Below, piece after piece: positions 9,262 to 18,073 of a DNA stretch of 64,000 nucleotides. The stretch is from Euryarchaeota archaeon UBA53 (GTDB lineage: Archaea > Thermoplasmatota > Poseidoniia > Poseidoniales > Poseidoniaceae), in contig DAZU01000067.1 of NCBI GenBank assembly GCA_002507425.1, forward strand, positions 2,502 through 66,501. The letters run 5' to 3'. A program made the position numbers and the translations under genes. The notes beneath the pieces were generated by a model. That model was not told the DNA's origin, did not search any database, and saw nothing but the letters and a program-made list of their open reading frames with translations. Positions within the stretch are counted from its first letter, which is position 1. Each line of letters opens with the position of its first letter.

Positions 9262-11673
9262 ATGCGGAGTCTTTGGAGGACTAAATTAAGACTTGCTGCT
9301 GTAATATTCATGGTATCTGTAGGAGTTTTTGCGGGAATCACATTTGGATCTTATTCACACAATCTTGACAATATGTATTCTACAATGCACGGGGATAATG
9401 ATGAGGGAGCGAATCTAGCAGATTTATGGATTGACAATACTAGCAATATTTGGACTTCTGACGATGTAGATTCGTTTTGCACGTCCCTACGTGATAATTG
9501 GAATCATTCTTCAAGTCTGGACCATTGTGAAGGTAGGTCGATTGTCAAAGGTGCAATGTTCATCTCACAAGAAGGTGATGACACGGTAATAAATTCTCTC
9601 TGGCATGGAATACCATACAATGCAAGTGTAGACAGAGTTTGGATGCCAGAGGGCCATTCTGAAGGTAGGCTTGCAATTACCGAAGATGAAATTGTAATAG
9701 ATGCGCATGTCACAGATGCTCTTGATCTTCGACTGGGAGACAGAGTCCTGATTGGAGCAGGAAACTTGAATGCAGAGTTTGAAATTGTTGGTATAGGATA
9801 CCATCCAATTCATGTATTAATGGCTCCAGAAGGCACTATGTTCCCTCCTGAGGAGGGGGACTATGTTGTCGGCTATTTATCTGATTTAGGAATGGCTAGA
9901 TTAACAGGGAATCAAGTAGGAGCAAGTAACGTAATAATGCTTGATGTTGAAGGAAATCCTGGTTATGATTTACCGGATACAGACTCGTATGAAGGGGAAG
10001 AAATTGACGCAATAAAACAAAGTGTTGCTAATGCTATAGAGTCAGAAGAATTGGATGCAAGAGTAAGAGACAGGGGTCAATACGAGTCAATAGAGGTTAT
10101 GCGCCAAGATTTGGAGGGTGCAAAGAGAACCACTGTTCCGTTTACTGTTATGATCGCCGCAATAGCGTCCATAACTATTGTATTGAGTTTACAACGCTTG
10201 GTTCAAAGTCAGGCGAAAGAAATCGCAGTTTTGAGAACGTTGGGAGTTCCAAGAAAGTCACTTCTCCAAGGATATATGATTGCACCGGTAATTATAGGCG
10301 GGTTGGGATGTTTTATTGGTGCTATATCAGGACCTTATGGAGCCAACTGGATGCTTGATTTGTATCAAGATATTGTTGGAGTTCCAATCATAAAGCGTGA
10401 AATACCATCGTCAATTTATATTACGGTAATCTCACTTACAATGGCAGTCGTGTTTTTATCAGGTACATTCCCTGCAATTAAGGCGAGCCGTATAGATCCA
10501 CTTGATGTTTTAAGCGGTAAAAATGAGGTAAAGGTAGGTTCTAATTTTATTCGAAAAATAACGTCCTGGCTCCCTACAACACTCAGCCTGTCTGTGCGTT
10601 CCAGTGTGAGGAAACCTATTCGTTTGGCTATGACATTTTTAGCTGTGGGGATATCTCTAATGCTATTTGGCTCAATTCAAATGATGTCCGCTGGTTTTGA
10701 GGACACTCTTGTTTCAGGTATAGAGGAAGATCAAACATGGGATGCTCAAGTTTATGTTAACCCTGGAGGTGAATCAAGGATTATTGATTGGGCAGAAAAC
10801 AAATCCTCTGAATGGGAGTTGATAATTGAAATGCCTTTAGGTGTAGTGAACGATCAGAATAATGTCGACAGAATGTTCACTGTCGTTGGTTTGGATGACT
10901 TTGAATTTGGAATGCGCTCTGTTAATTTGTTGAGTGGACAGTTACCGGTTCATTCTAATAATTCAAAGCAGGTTATGATGGACGAAGGTGCAATGACGTT
11001 TTTGGATTGGAATGTGGGTGAGACAAAATCAGTTTTACTTAATGGAGACAATGTAGAAGTGGAAATTGTTGGAATTACTAGGGGGGAATTAGTCAGAACA
11101 ATGTATTTCTTAAGAGACGATCTAGCGCAGGTTACTGGAATTAATGCCACATCGGTTTACTTAAGCTTCTCTGAAGATATAGGAGTAGATACAAGTCTGG
11201 GAGAAATTTCTGTGGGAATTGTCGAGAGGAATACACTCTTGGAAGGTGTAAAAAGTTTGATTGAGAAGCAAACTGATCTTTTCCAAGCGATTATGTATTT
11301 GGGACTATTATTTACATTTGCAGTTATGCTCAATACTATGATAATGAATGTTGCAGAGAGAGATTTCGAACTAGCTACTCTGAGAGTCTTGGGAGCTTCA
11401 ACTACAAGACTTGGAAGTATGCTGCTATTTGAGAGTGTTTTAATTGGAATTATAGGAGGTATCATTGGCGTAATATTTGCATATGCTGGAGCAGTAGGAC
11501 TTGCAGCATCATTCTCATCCTGGCAATTTTTCTTCCCAGTTTTGCTTGTAAACAGCGTTGCATATGATCTATTATTGGGTGTTTTGGTTATTGCAATTGC
11601 CATGACACCGATAGGAATCTGGCGTTTGAGAAAGATGGACTTAGTTGAGAAGGTTAAAGACTTGTCAAATTGA
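9262..11673 (+). CDS. ABC transporter permease, FtsX/MacB-like with large extracytoplasmic domains
   Basis: ATG at 9262 (MRSLWRTKLRLAAVIFMVSVGVF); the ORF also opens at TTG 9235. About 800 aa with an N-terminal TM helix, a long soluble domain, then two FtsX-like 4-helix bundles (AVLRTLGVPRKSLL..., ATLRVLGASTTRLGSMLL...). Confidence 0.7.
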   Translation: MRSLWRTKLRLAAVIFMVSVGVFAGITFGSYSHNLDNMYSTMHGDNDEGANLADLWIDNTSNIWTSDDVDSFCTSLRDNWNHSSSLDHCEGRSIVKGAMFISQEGDDTVINSLWHGIPYNASVDRVWMPEGHSEGRLAITEDEIVIDAHVTDALDLRLGDRVLIGAGNLNAEFEIVGIGYHPIHVLMAPEGTMFPPEEGDYVVGYLSDLGMARLTGNQVGASNVIMLDVEGNPGYDLPDTDSYEGEEIDAIKQSVANAIESEELDARVRDRGQYESIEVMRQDLEGAKRTTVPFTVMIAAIASITIVLSLQRLVQSQAKEIAVLRTLGVPRKSLLQGYMIAPVIIGGLGCFIGAISGPYGANWMLDLYQDIVGVPIIKREIPSSIYITVISLTMAVVFLSGTFPAIKASRIDPLDVLSGKNEVKVGSNFIRKITSWLPTTLSLSVRSSVRKPIRLAMTFLAVGISLMLFGSIQMMSAGFEDTLVSGIEEDQTWDAQVYVNPGGESRIIDWAENKSSEWELIIEMPLGVVNDQNNVDRMFTVVGLDDFEFGMRSVNLLSGQLPVHSNNSKQVMMDEGAMTFLDWNVGETKSVLLNGDNVEVEIVGITRGELVRTMYFLRDDLAQVTGINATSVYLSFSEDIGVDTSLGEISVGIVERNTLLEGVKSLIEKQTDLFQAIMYLGLLFTFAVMLNTMIMNVAERDFELATLRVLGASTTRLGSMLLFESVLIGIIGGIIGVIFAYAGAVGLAASFSSWQFFFPVLLVNSVAYDLLLGVLVIAIAMTPIGIWRLRKMDLVEKVKDLSN

Positions 11674-11729
11674 TGTAACAGAGGTTACGATTCAAAATTT
11701 TAGGCGATGGAAATAAGTTCCTCTTAGCA

Positions 11730-13469
11730 TTGGCTTGCGACATGGACTTGACCTCGTGGCTGATTGTAGGCTTCTTGGGCGGGGCATTTTTGTTTGGAAT
11801 ATGGTTCATGTTGGTTAGGGAAGATGACCAGAGTTCTAGGACTATGACAATCCACAGGCAGGACTTAACCCGTAGAGGTGCCCCAGATTTCAGACAAGCG
11901 CACAACGAGTTTGAAAAGAAATTAGCACAGGTCGAGAGACACTTGGATTCAAAAAGAAGAGATGAGAGAGCAATATTGCTAGCAGAAGAACAGGCACGTA
12001 AAGATCTCGCAGATAAAGCTGCTAGAAAATTAATTGAAGAAGAGGAGTTAAAGCTAGCACAAATTGCTGAAGAGGAAGCAAGAAAGAAAGCAGAATACGA
12101 GGCTGCAAGAAAGGCTGAATTGGAAGAGGCACGTCGACTCGCTGAGGAAAGAGAAGTCGAAAGACTTGCTGAAGAAAAGCGCCTTGCTGAGGAAAGAGAG
12201 GCAGAAAGGCAGGAGCAGTTAGCCAAAGAAGAAGAAGAGAGAAAAACTCAGATAGAGTCTTTGAAAGAATCAGAAGCTTTGGAAGCACAAATTGCATCAG
12301 AGCAGGCTGAGCAGGAACTGGAAGAACGTTTGGATAGAGAGGGAGCAAAAACCTCTGAGGTTCAGGTCTCATTGATGTGGAACAATTACAATGACCTCGA
12401 CTTACATGTTTTGTGTCCTTCTGGAGAGAGAATTCACGGTGGTAATAAAGCTTCAGAGTGCGGAGGTGAGCTGGATGTTGATGCGAACGTAAGGCCTGAA
12501 ACTAAGAAGCCAGTTGAAAACATAGTTTGGCCTGATTTCAAAGCACCTCCTGGCAATTACAAAGTATACGTTCATCATTACAAGAAACACAAAAAGCGCC
12601 GCTCAAAGGATCCAACGGAATTCCGAGTTGTTGTTAATTCAGGAGGTGAAGTCAAACATTATGAGGGTGAGTTATCAAACGGTGATCCAATTCTACTTGT
12701 CTGTGAATTCGAACTAGAGCCTCCTGAAGAAAGAGGAACTGATGAAGAGAGAGAATCAGCGCTCATAGCCGAGGAAACAGAGCGCATTGCTGAGGAAGAA
12801 CGACTAGCAATCGAATTGGAAGAACAAAGGCAATTGGAGTTGGCAGAAGCCGAGGAACAAAGGATTGCAGAGATTGTTGCAAACGAAGCTGATGAATTAG
12901 AATCAATCAAGGCTACCGAACAAATCCTGAAGGAATTGAAAGAAAGACTGGATAGGGAAGGTGCAAAATCATCCGATGTTCAGATTTCTTTGATATGGAA
13001 CAATTACAATGATCTTGACCTGCATGTAGTATGTCCTTCGGGCGAGAGGATACACGGAGGTAACCGTGAGTCCGCATGTGGTGGTGAATTGGACGTTGAC
13101 GCAAATGTAAGGCCTGAGACTAAGAAACCGGTAGAAAACGTGGTATGGCCAGAGTCAAAAGCCCCAGGCGGTACATACAAAGCATATGTTCATCATTACA
13201 AGAAACATAAGAAACGTAGGTCAAAAGATCCAACTAAGTTTCAAATTATTTGCAATGCAGGTGGTGAAATTTTGGAATATGAGGGCGAGATTTCGAATGG
13301 AGATCCAATCATGTTAATCTGTGAGTTTACACTTGACGATCCAAAGTCAAGAGCAGCAAAGCTTAGTGAAGCGAGAGAAAAGATTGCCGCAATTGAGAGT
13401 GGAGAATGGTCTGCTGATGACGAAGAGTCCGATTCATCAGACATTCTTGACGAATTATTAGATGATTGA
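11730..13469 (+). CDS. membrane-anchored, highly charged coiled-coil protein with two tandem TerD-like domains and an acidic C-terminal tail
   Basis: TTG start, 579 aa. One N-terminal TM helix (LIVGFLGGAFLFGIWFMLV). E/K/R-rich predicted coiled coil from about aa 60-200. Two ~130-aa modules (aa 199-329 and 405-535) each read VQVSLMWNNYNDLDLHVLCPSGERIHGGNKASECGGELDVDANV...YKVYVHHY...ILLVCEF. This resembles the TerD consensus (GLGWD..DLDLSA..hsGDN.tGeg.GDDE..v.L). The domain call is inference. Confidence 0.5.
   Translation: MACDMDLTSWLIVGFLGGAFLFGIWFMLVREDDQSSRTMTIHRQDLTRRGAPDFRQAHNEFEKKLAQVERHLDSKRRDERAILLAEEQARKDLADKAARKLIEEEELKLAQIAEEEARKKAEYEAARKAELEEARRLAEEREVERLAEEKRLAEEREAERQEQLAKEEEERKTQIESLKESEALEAQIASEQAEQELEERLDREGAKTSEVQVSLMWNNYNDLDLHVLCPSGERIHGGNKASECGGELDVDANVRPETKKPVENIVWPDFKAPPGNYKVYVHHYKKHKKRRSKDPTEFRVVVNSGGEVKHYEGELSNGDPILLVCEFELEPPEERGTDEERESALIAEETERIAEEERLAIELEEQRQLELAEAEEQRIAEIVANEADELESIKATEQILKELKERLDREGAKSSDVQISLIWNNYNDLDLHVVCPSGERIHGGNRESACGGELDVDANVRPETKKPVENVVWPESKAPGGTYKAYVHHYKKHKKRRSKDPTKFQIICNAGGEILEYEGEISNGDPIMLICEFTLDDPKSRAAKLSEAREKIAAIESGEWSADDEESDSSDILDELLDD
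12324..12716 (+). repeat. intragenic duplicated module, copy 1 (TerD-like domain plus preceding ERLDREGAK linker)
   Basis: About 390 nt that are near-identical at nucleotide level to 12942..13334, with roughly 80% amino-acid identity. Indicates a recent internal tandem duplication. Confidence 0.85.
12942..13334 (+). repeat. intragenic duplicated module, copy 2
   Basis: Direct repeat of 12324..12716 within the same ORF, e.g. tggaacaattacaatga, catcattacaagaaaca and cgtaaggcctga are shared. Confidence 0.85.
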
Positions 13470-14582
13470 CTAAGACAGTATACTGTCTAGACAGTTGTTG
13501 GAAATCGCTTTCTTAATCGATCGAGATATTCTTCTCCCAGTTGACATAAAAGGCTCGTTGATATCACTGTAAGGCGAACCACCAACGAATGGGTTTGAAC
13601 CAGCAACTATTCTTGCACTTATCTCAAATACTCTAAATTCTAGTTTGTCCGTGACAATTGTCTCTAAGCAGAATGAGCCAATCATTCCTCGAGAGTTTTC
13701 CTCAAGTTCAAAAGATGCAGCAACAGTTCCTTCAGCCATTTCAAAAGCTCTTGGTAGCAGGCTCTCTCTTATTACTACTGGCTGATTTCCGGTAACAACG
13801 AACGAGGGTTCTAAACTCATTTCTCTAAGGTCCCTCAAGCTTCCCAATTTATAGAATTCATCTACATTAGATTCGTCCCTTCTATCCATGCTCATTAATT
13901 CCAATCGGCCGAGCTTCTTCCCTGAATTCTTACCAATTCCCTCTACTTGATATCCATCTTCTGCAATTGGGTCAAAGAAGAAGTGCAGATAATATCTGCA
14001 GCCTAAAACATATTCTTGGATTGTGAATTCTTCCTCAATGTTGACATTTCTTTTAAAATCACGATAATCACGGGCTATGAAATATCCCTCTCCACCCTTT
14101 GCACCTGCGTATTTGACTATAACGGGTCCATCAATATCGTGAGGGTCGTCTATAACTTTGGGCATTGAACAACCGCCCATTGCTAGCCATTTTCTCTGAC
14201 GCTCCCTGCTACTTTCCCAGTGCAGTATTCCTCTATTTCCGAACGTTGGGACCTCTAGATTTTTGAAGTTACTACTTCCCAAATACTCAACTAGTGAGCC
14301 ATGAGGAATTATGATTACATTTCTTTCACGAAACCAGTCGGCATAATCTAGCATTTCATCATAATTGTCAAGCATCAACCATTCGTCTGGGTCCGCTCCA
14401 GGAAATGCTGAGTAGTATTTTCTTCTATTTTCTCCAACTGCAATACCTAATGTTCTGAAGCCTTCCTGCCTAGCTCCATGAAGAATTTGCAATGAAGAGT
14501 GGGACGCAACAACTCCTATGGTTATACTCTCATAATCATATGAAGACAACCAGTTTTGGAGTGTCTTGATATCTACGCCCAT
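13470..14582 (-). CDS. purP: 5-formaminoimidazole-4-carboxamide ribonucleotide (FAICAR) synthetase, ATP-grasp, archaeal purine pathway
   Basis: ITIGVVASHSSLQILHGARQEGF, IPHGSLVEYLGSS and FGNRGILHWESSRER align with MJ0136 PurP (ITIATLGSHTSLHILKGAKLEGF, VPHGSFIAYCGLD, FGNRRILRWESER). 370 aa. Confidence 0.85.
   Translation of the reverse strand: MGVDIKTLQNWLSSYDYESITIGVVASHSSLQILHGARQEGFRTLGIAVGENRRKYYSAFPGADPDEWLMLDNYDEMLDYADWFRERNVIIIPHGSLVEYLGSSNFKNLEVPTFGNRGILHWESSRERQRKWLAMGGCSMPKVIDDPHDIDGPVIVKYAGAKGGEGYFIARDYRDFKRNVNIEEEFTIQEYVLGCRYYLHFFFDPIAEDGYQVEGIGKNSGKKLGRLELMSMDRRDESNVDEFYKLGSLRDLREMSLEPSFVVTGNQPVVIRESLLPRAFEMAEGTVAASFELEENSRGMIGSFCLETIVTDKLEFRVFEISARIVAGSNPFVGGSPYSDINEPFMSTGRRISRSIKKAISNNCLDSILS
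13473..13488. repeat. perfect 16-bp palindrome AGACAGTATACTGTCT at the zero-gap convergent junction of the TerD-like gene and purP
   Basis: Read directly from the sequence. It extends imperfectly to 13470..13490. It overlaps the purP stop codon and 3' end. Could form a hairpin in both convergent transcripts. Confidence 0.9.
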
Positions 14583-14716
14583 ACGAACGGCTTCAGTGTC
14601 TTATTAATGACAATTACGGACTTAGAATTGCGAATTAATAGATTACATTAGTCTATAATATCCTCGAGACAATATTATCCGTCAAGGTTTCAAGCCTTAC
14701 CTTGTGTGCTATCAAC

Positions 14717-15799
14717 ATGAGCGGAGATTCTCCTAAGGGTAGAATGACCTATGGTAATTATCTAAAACTGGAAGATTTACTTTCCTTGCAAGGCGGATAC
14801 AATGAAGACAAATCTTCTCTCTCAAATCATGAGATGCATTTCATAGTTGTGCACCAAGCCTTCGAATTATGGTTTAAGCAAGTAAACATTGAGCTGGAGT
14901 GCGCAATTTCTCTTCTAGACACAGAGGAGGTTGAAGAAAAACAAATTCCTGTTGTGGTTAGTCACCTAGAACGATGCTCGGAGATTTTCAGATTATTGGC
15001 TTCTCAATGGAAAGTGATGGAAACTCTGTCCCCTCAGGATTTCCTCGCCTTTAGAGACCGTTTAGGGACGTCCTCAGGCTTTGAGAGTTGGCAACTAAGA
15101 TCAATAGAGACACTATTAGGGTTAAAATCAGAACAAAGAATCGGAGGGATGGATCCTATGGAACACAATAGAAAGTTACATTCAGAGGGTAAGTTAAGTG
15201 ATTCTGTAATGGATAATCTGAACAGAATTAGTTCTGGTCCATCATTGAATGACGTCTTAATGCGATGGCTTTCTAGAACTCCAGTCAATGGGTTCTCCGG
15301 CAATGAGAAAGTAATGAGAGAATTTGTCGAGAATCACCTTAGTTCTATGAAAAAGCACGGTGAGGAGGTTATATCTCATATCGTAAAAATAGGTCACGGC
15401 AATGAAGATAAAGTAAGACCACGCATAAATGCAGGTATAGCCTCAGCAAGAGATTTTTTACTCCCAAATAACGAGGTTTCTTTTGCTCGTGCAGGATTAT
15501 TATTTATTGAATCATATAGAGAATTGCCATTGTTGTCATGGCCTCGTAGAATGATAGATTCCGTCGTTGATATGGAAGAGGCCATGCTTTTGTTTCGGTC
15601 TCATCATGTCAGAATGGTTGAGAGAATGATCGGTAGAAGAATGGGAACCGGTGGTTCGAGTGGAGTAGATTATCTCGATAAGACACTAAGTTATCGAATA
15701 TTTACTGACCTTTGGGCTGTAAGAACTATGTTGGTAAAACGGGATTCGATTACAGATCCGACAAATCCTGAATTCTATGGATACGTATCTAGCCAATGA
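14717..15799 (+). CDS. kynA: tryptophan 2,3-dioxygenase
   Basis: MTYGNYLKLEDLLSLQ...HEMHFIVVHQAFELWFKQ matches the TDO N-terminal signature (Y..YL.L..LL..Q ... H.E.LFI..HQ..ELWFK). ATG at 14717; the ORF also opens at TTG 14702. About 360 aa. Confidence 0.7.
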   Translation: MSGDSPKGRMTYGNYLKLEDLLSLQGGYNEDKSSLSNHEMHFIVVHQAFELWFKQVNIELECAISLLDTEEVEEKQIPVVVSHLERCSEIFRLLASQWKVMETLSPQDFLAFRDRLGTSSGFESWQLRSIETLLGLKSEQRIGGMDPMEHNRKLHSEGKLSDSVMDNLNRISSGPSLNDVLMRWLSRTPVNGFSGNEKVMREFVENHLSSMKKHGEEVISHIVKIGHGNEDKVRPRINAGIASARDFLLPNNEVSFARAGLLFIESYRELPLLSWPRRMIDSVVDMEEAMLLFRSHHVRMVERMIGRRMGTGGSSGVDYLDKTLSYRIFTDLWAVRTMLVKRDSITDPTNPEFYGYVSSQ

Positions 15800-16054
15800 T
15801 TATTGGTCATGAGGGTCCGTATCTATTGGAATCAGCTCATTTTCATATTCGTATATTGCTATCTTCAAAGGGTCTAGCACGAATCTGACAGAGGCTTCTT
15901 CAAGTCCGTATAGAGAAATAAGTTCCTCCTTGAACGCTTCACGAAGAACATCTTCTGGAGCATTTAAAGGAGCTCCCATCCCAATCTGAAGGGCTCTTGC
16001 GCCAATAATTCTAGCTCTTTCAAATCTGGTATGGGGATTCTTTGGTTTAACCAT
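15800..16054 (-). CDS. rpoK: DNA-directed RNA polymerase subunit K (Rpb6/omega homolog)
   Basis: [21 protein letters not shown] is the RpoK/Rpb6 signature. 84 aa. Confidence 0.85.
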   Translation of the reverse strand: MVKPKNPHTRFERARIIGARALQIGMGAPLNAPEDVLREAFKEELISLYGLEEASVRFVLDPLKIAIYEYENELIPIDTDPHDQ

Positions 16055-16131
16055 AATTACACCTCATGGCACTCTGTGCTGTTCGGGCGAGAATCGACTT
16101 GTTATTGAAACCTACGCAACTTTACCTAGTA

Positions 16132-16983
16132 TTATTGCTCTCCAGATTTCTTGTTGTCCTTCATCAACTGTAAGAGTTGATAGGTAGCAGGCAACGAGAT
16201 TATGATCAATAATAGGGTTATAATCACAATAGTGCTAGTTTTGAATTGATTTTTGTTTTCATCCTCGCCATAAATACCCCCATCTGGTATGTAATCACCT
16301 GCTGGTATTGATGACCCGGATTCTAAAGCAATATAACCTGGATTAGAAAGAACTATGATGAGTTTCTCACCATTTGTGTCTATTATGTTTGTTTGGGAAT
16401 AATTAGTATGATTGACAGCTATGTTTGTGACATTACCTAATGAGGTCACAGTCCATACGTCAATACTTAGATTTTCAAATTCACCTTCTAACGAAAGAGA
16501 ATTATTTTCCAGTGAAATATTGGTAATTCCACTGTAATTTGACTCGGACTTTGACAAAAGTGTATTCAGTTCCTTCGACTGTGTGGGCCCTGCTAAAAGA
16601 TAGTGCCCATCAAGCGCTATTGTAGGATAGCCCCACAATCCATATACATCCAAAAACCTCTCTCTTGAGGCTGGAAGCCAGAATTCGTCGGTCGTAGACG
16701 GTCTATGACTAAGTATAACTTCAGACTGATTTGGTGTTTGATTTAGGATCTGTTCTACTTCTGGACATTCTTCACACCAGTCTGCTCCAAAATATTCGAT
16801 AATGTTTGAAGCTCTAGTAACACAGGTATCATTTTCTTCACATTCTAAGTCTACAACTAGCACATCTATTATGTATCCTTCAGAGTGAGCACCTTCGATT
16901 CCATGCCCTGATACAAATCCAGAGGAAATTATGGAAAAGCCCAATATTGCTATTGCAAAAACTCCTCTCATGTGTATACCCAA
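16132..16983 (-). CDS. exported thioredoxin-fold protein (WCxxC motif) with C-terminal membrane anchor
   Basis: N-terminal signal-like segment, YFGADWCEECP (thioredoxin-like W-C-x-x-C), downstream YPTIALDG (cis-Pro loop-like), and a C-terminal TM helix. Divergent from ctaA across 40 bp. Confidence 0.4.
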   Translation of the reverse strand: MGIHMRGVFAIAILGFSIISSGFVSGHGIEGAHSEGYIIDVLVVDLECEENDTCVTRASNIIEYFGADWCEECPEVEQILNQTPNQSEVILSHRPSTTDEFWLPASRERFLDVYGLWGYPTIALDGHYLLAGPTQSKELNTLLSKSESNYSGITNISLENNSLSLEGEFENLSIDVWTVTSLGNVTNIAVNHTNYSQTNIIDTNGEKLIIVLSNPGYIALESGSSIPAGDYIPDGGIYGEDENKNQFKTSTIVIITLLLIIISLPATYQLLQLMKDNKKSGEQ

Positions 16984-17023
16984 ACAGTCCGGTTTGTTAA
17001 AAGGGAGCCTCTGACCCCGGGGG

Positions 17024-18073
17024 GTGATGGAAACCAGATGGTTCCGCCGCCCTTCTACGTTGCCTATTGCAATTGCAATTATGGCGATGATAATTATAAC
17101 AGCTGGTGGAACTATCAGGATTTATGATGCTGGTGAATCTTGTCCCGATTGGCCTCAATGTTTCGGAACCTGGGGATTTGATATTTCAGAGGAAGATCAG
17201 GGCGATTGGTATGATGAAACAGAAGAGTATGATAGCCGTGGACCTGATAAAAGGTATACGACATTTGAGATTTTCATTGAATGGATTCATCGCCTGTTAG
17301 CAGCAATAATGGCAATTCCTGTATTAGCAAATTTCTTGATAATTCTGAAACGTAAAGAATTGTATGGAAAATCTTTAGTTAAGGTTTCATTTTTTACCGG
17401 AATTTTGCTAACACTTCAGGGAGTAGCTGGTGCAGTGACTGTGAGATTTGATAATGCAGATTGGTCGGTTGCTTTACATCTTGGATTAGCATCTTGTTTT
17501 GTATTTATTTTACTATGGCAGTTTTTCAGTATGAGAAAATTGGAAGGAGCAACTTGGCCAATGCTAAGAGTATCAGAAAAATTCAAGCGAGCCCAACTAA
17601 AAAGAATAAAAATCATGACTGCTTCGATATTTTTGTTATTGATTTTAGGGGCTTGGGTCTCATCCTCTCCAAACGGTAATCAAGGGTGTTCAGTCGGATT
17701 CCCGGAGGGTTGGCCAAAGTGTCAAGGGAGTATACTGCCAAGTCTTGATGACAGTGGAATTCTAGTCCAAATGGTTCACAGAACAGGAGCAGGCCTAGTT
17801 GGGATTGCATTAATATTTGGAGGAATGAAGTTTAGGGAGAGCGTAAGGTCGCATCAAATGCATTACGGTTTCACAAGAATTTTTGATTTAGTTACCGGTC
17901 TTTGGCTGTTGAACGTTTGTATTGGTGGTTTATATGTTGTATTTGCAAAACTTGGAGAATTCCCTGAGAAATTATCTCTTCTGCATCTCCTTTTGGGAGT
18001 GGCTAGTTTTTTATGTGCATCTGTTGGCCTAATGCTGTTGAAACTGGGTGAAGAGGGCGGAGAAGATGAATGA
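17024..18073 (+). CDS. ctaA: heme A synthase (COX15/CtaA family)
   Basis: GESCPDWPQCFG is the CPDWPxC motif of heme A synthases. Polytopic with conserved His-containing helices. 349 aa. Confidence 0.75.
   Translation: MMETRWFRRPSTLPIAIAIMAMIIITAGGTIRIYDAGESCPDWPQCFGTWGFDISEEDQGDWYDETEEYDSRGPDKRYTTFEIFIEWIHRLLAAIMAIPVLANFLIILKRKELYGKSLVKVSFFTGILLTLQGVAGAVTVRFDNADWSVALHLGLASCFVFILLWQFFSMRKLEGATWPMLRVSEKFKRAQLKRIKIMTASIFLLLILGAWVSSSPNGNQGCSVGFPEGWPKCQGSILPSLDDSGILVQMVHRTGAGLVGIALIFGGMKFRESVRSHQMHYGFTRIFDLVTGLWLLNVCIGGLYVVFAKLGEFPEKLSLLHLLLGVASFLCASVGLMLLKLGEEGGEDE

Noticed and set aside
11654-12226. 190-aa minus-strand ORF (S/A/L-rich) antisense to the coiled-coil region of the TerD-like gene
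   Set aside because: It is the antisense reading of GAA/GCT-rich coiled-coil coding sequence, with a low-complexity product and no start context.
11900-12320. GAA/GAG-rich tandem-looking repeats
   Set aside because: A coding low-complexity region specifying an E/K/R coiled coil. Not a CRISPR array or a microsatellite of independent significance.
12324-13334. Two ~390-bp direct repeats, considered as a possible mobile element or CRISPR-like feature
   Set aside because: Both copies are in frame inside one ORF and encode the same protein domain. This is an intragenic domain duplication, reported as a repeat feature, not a mobile element.
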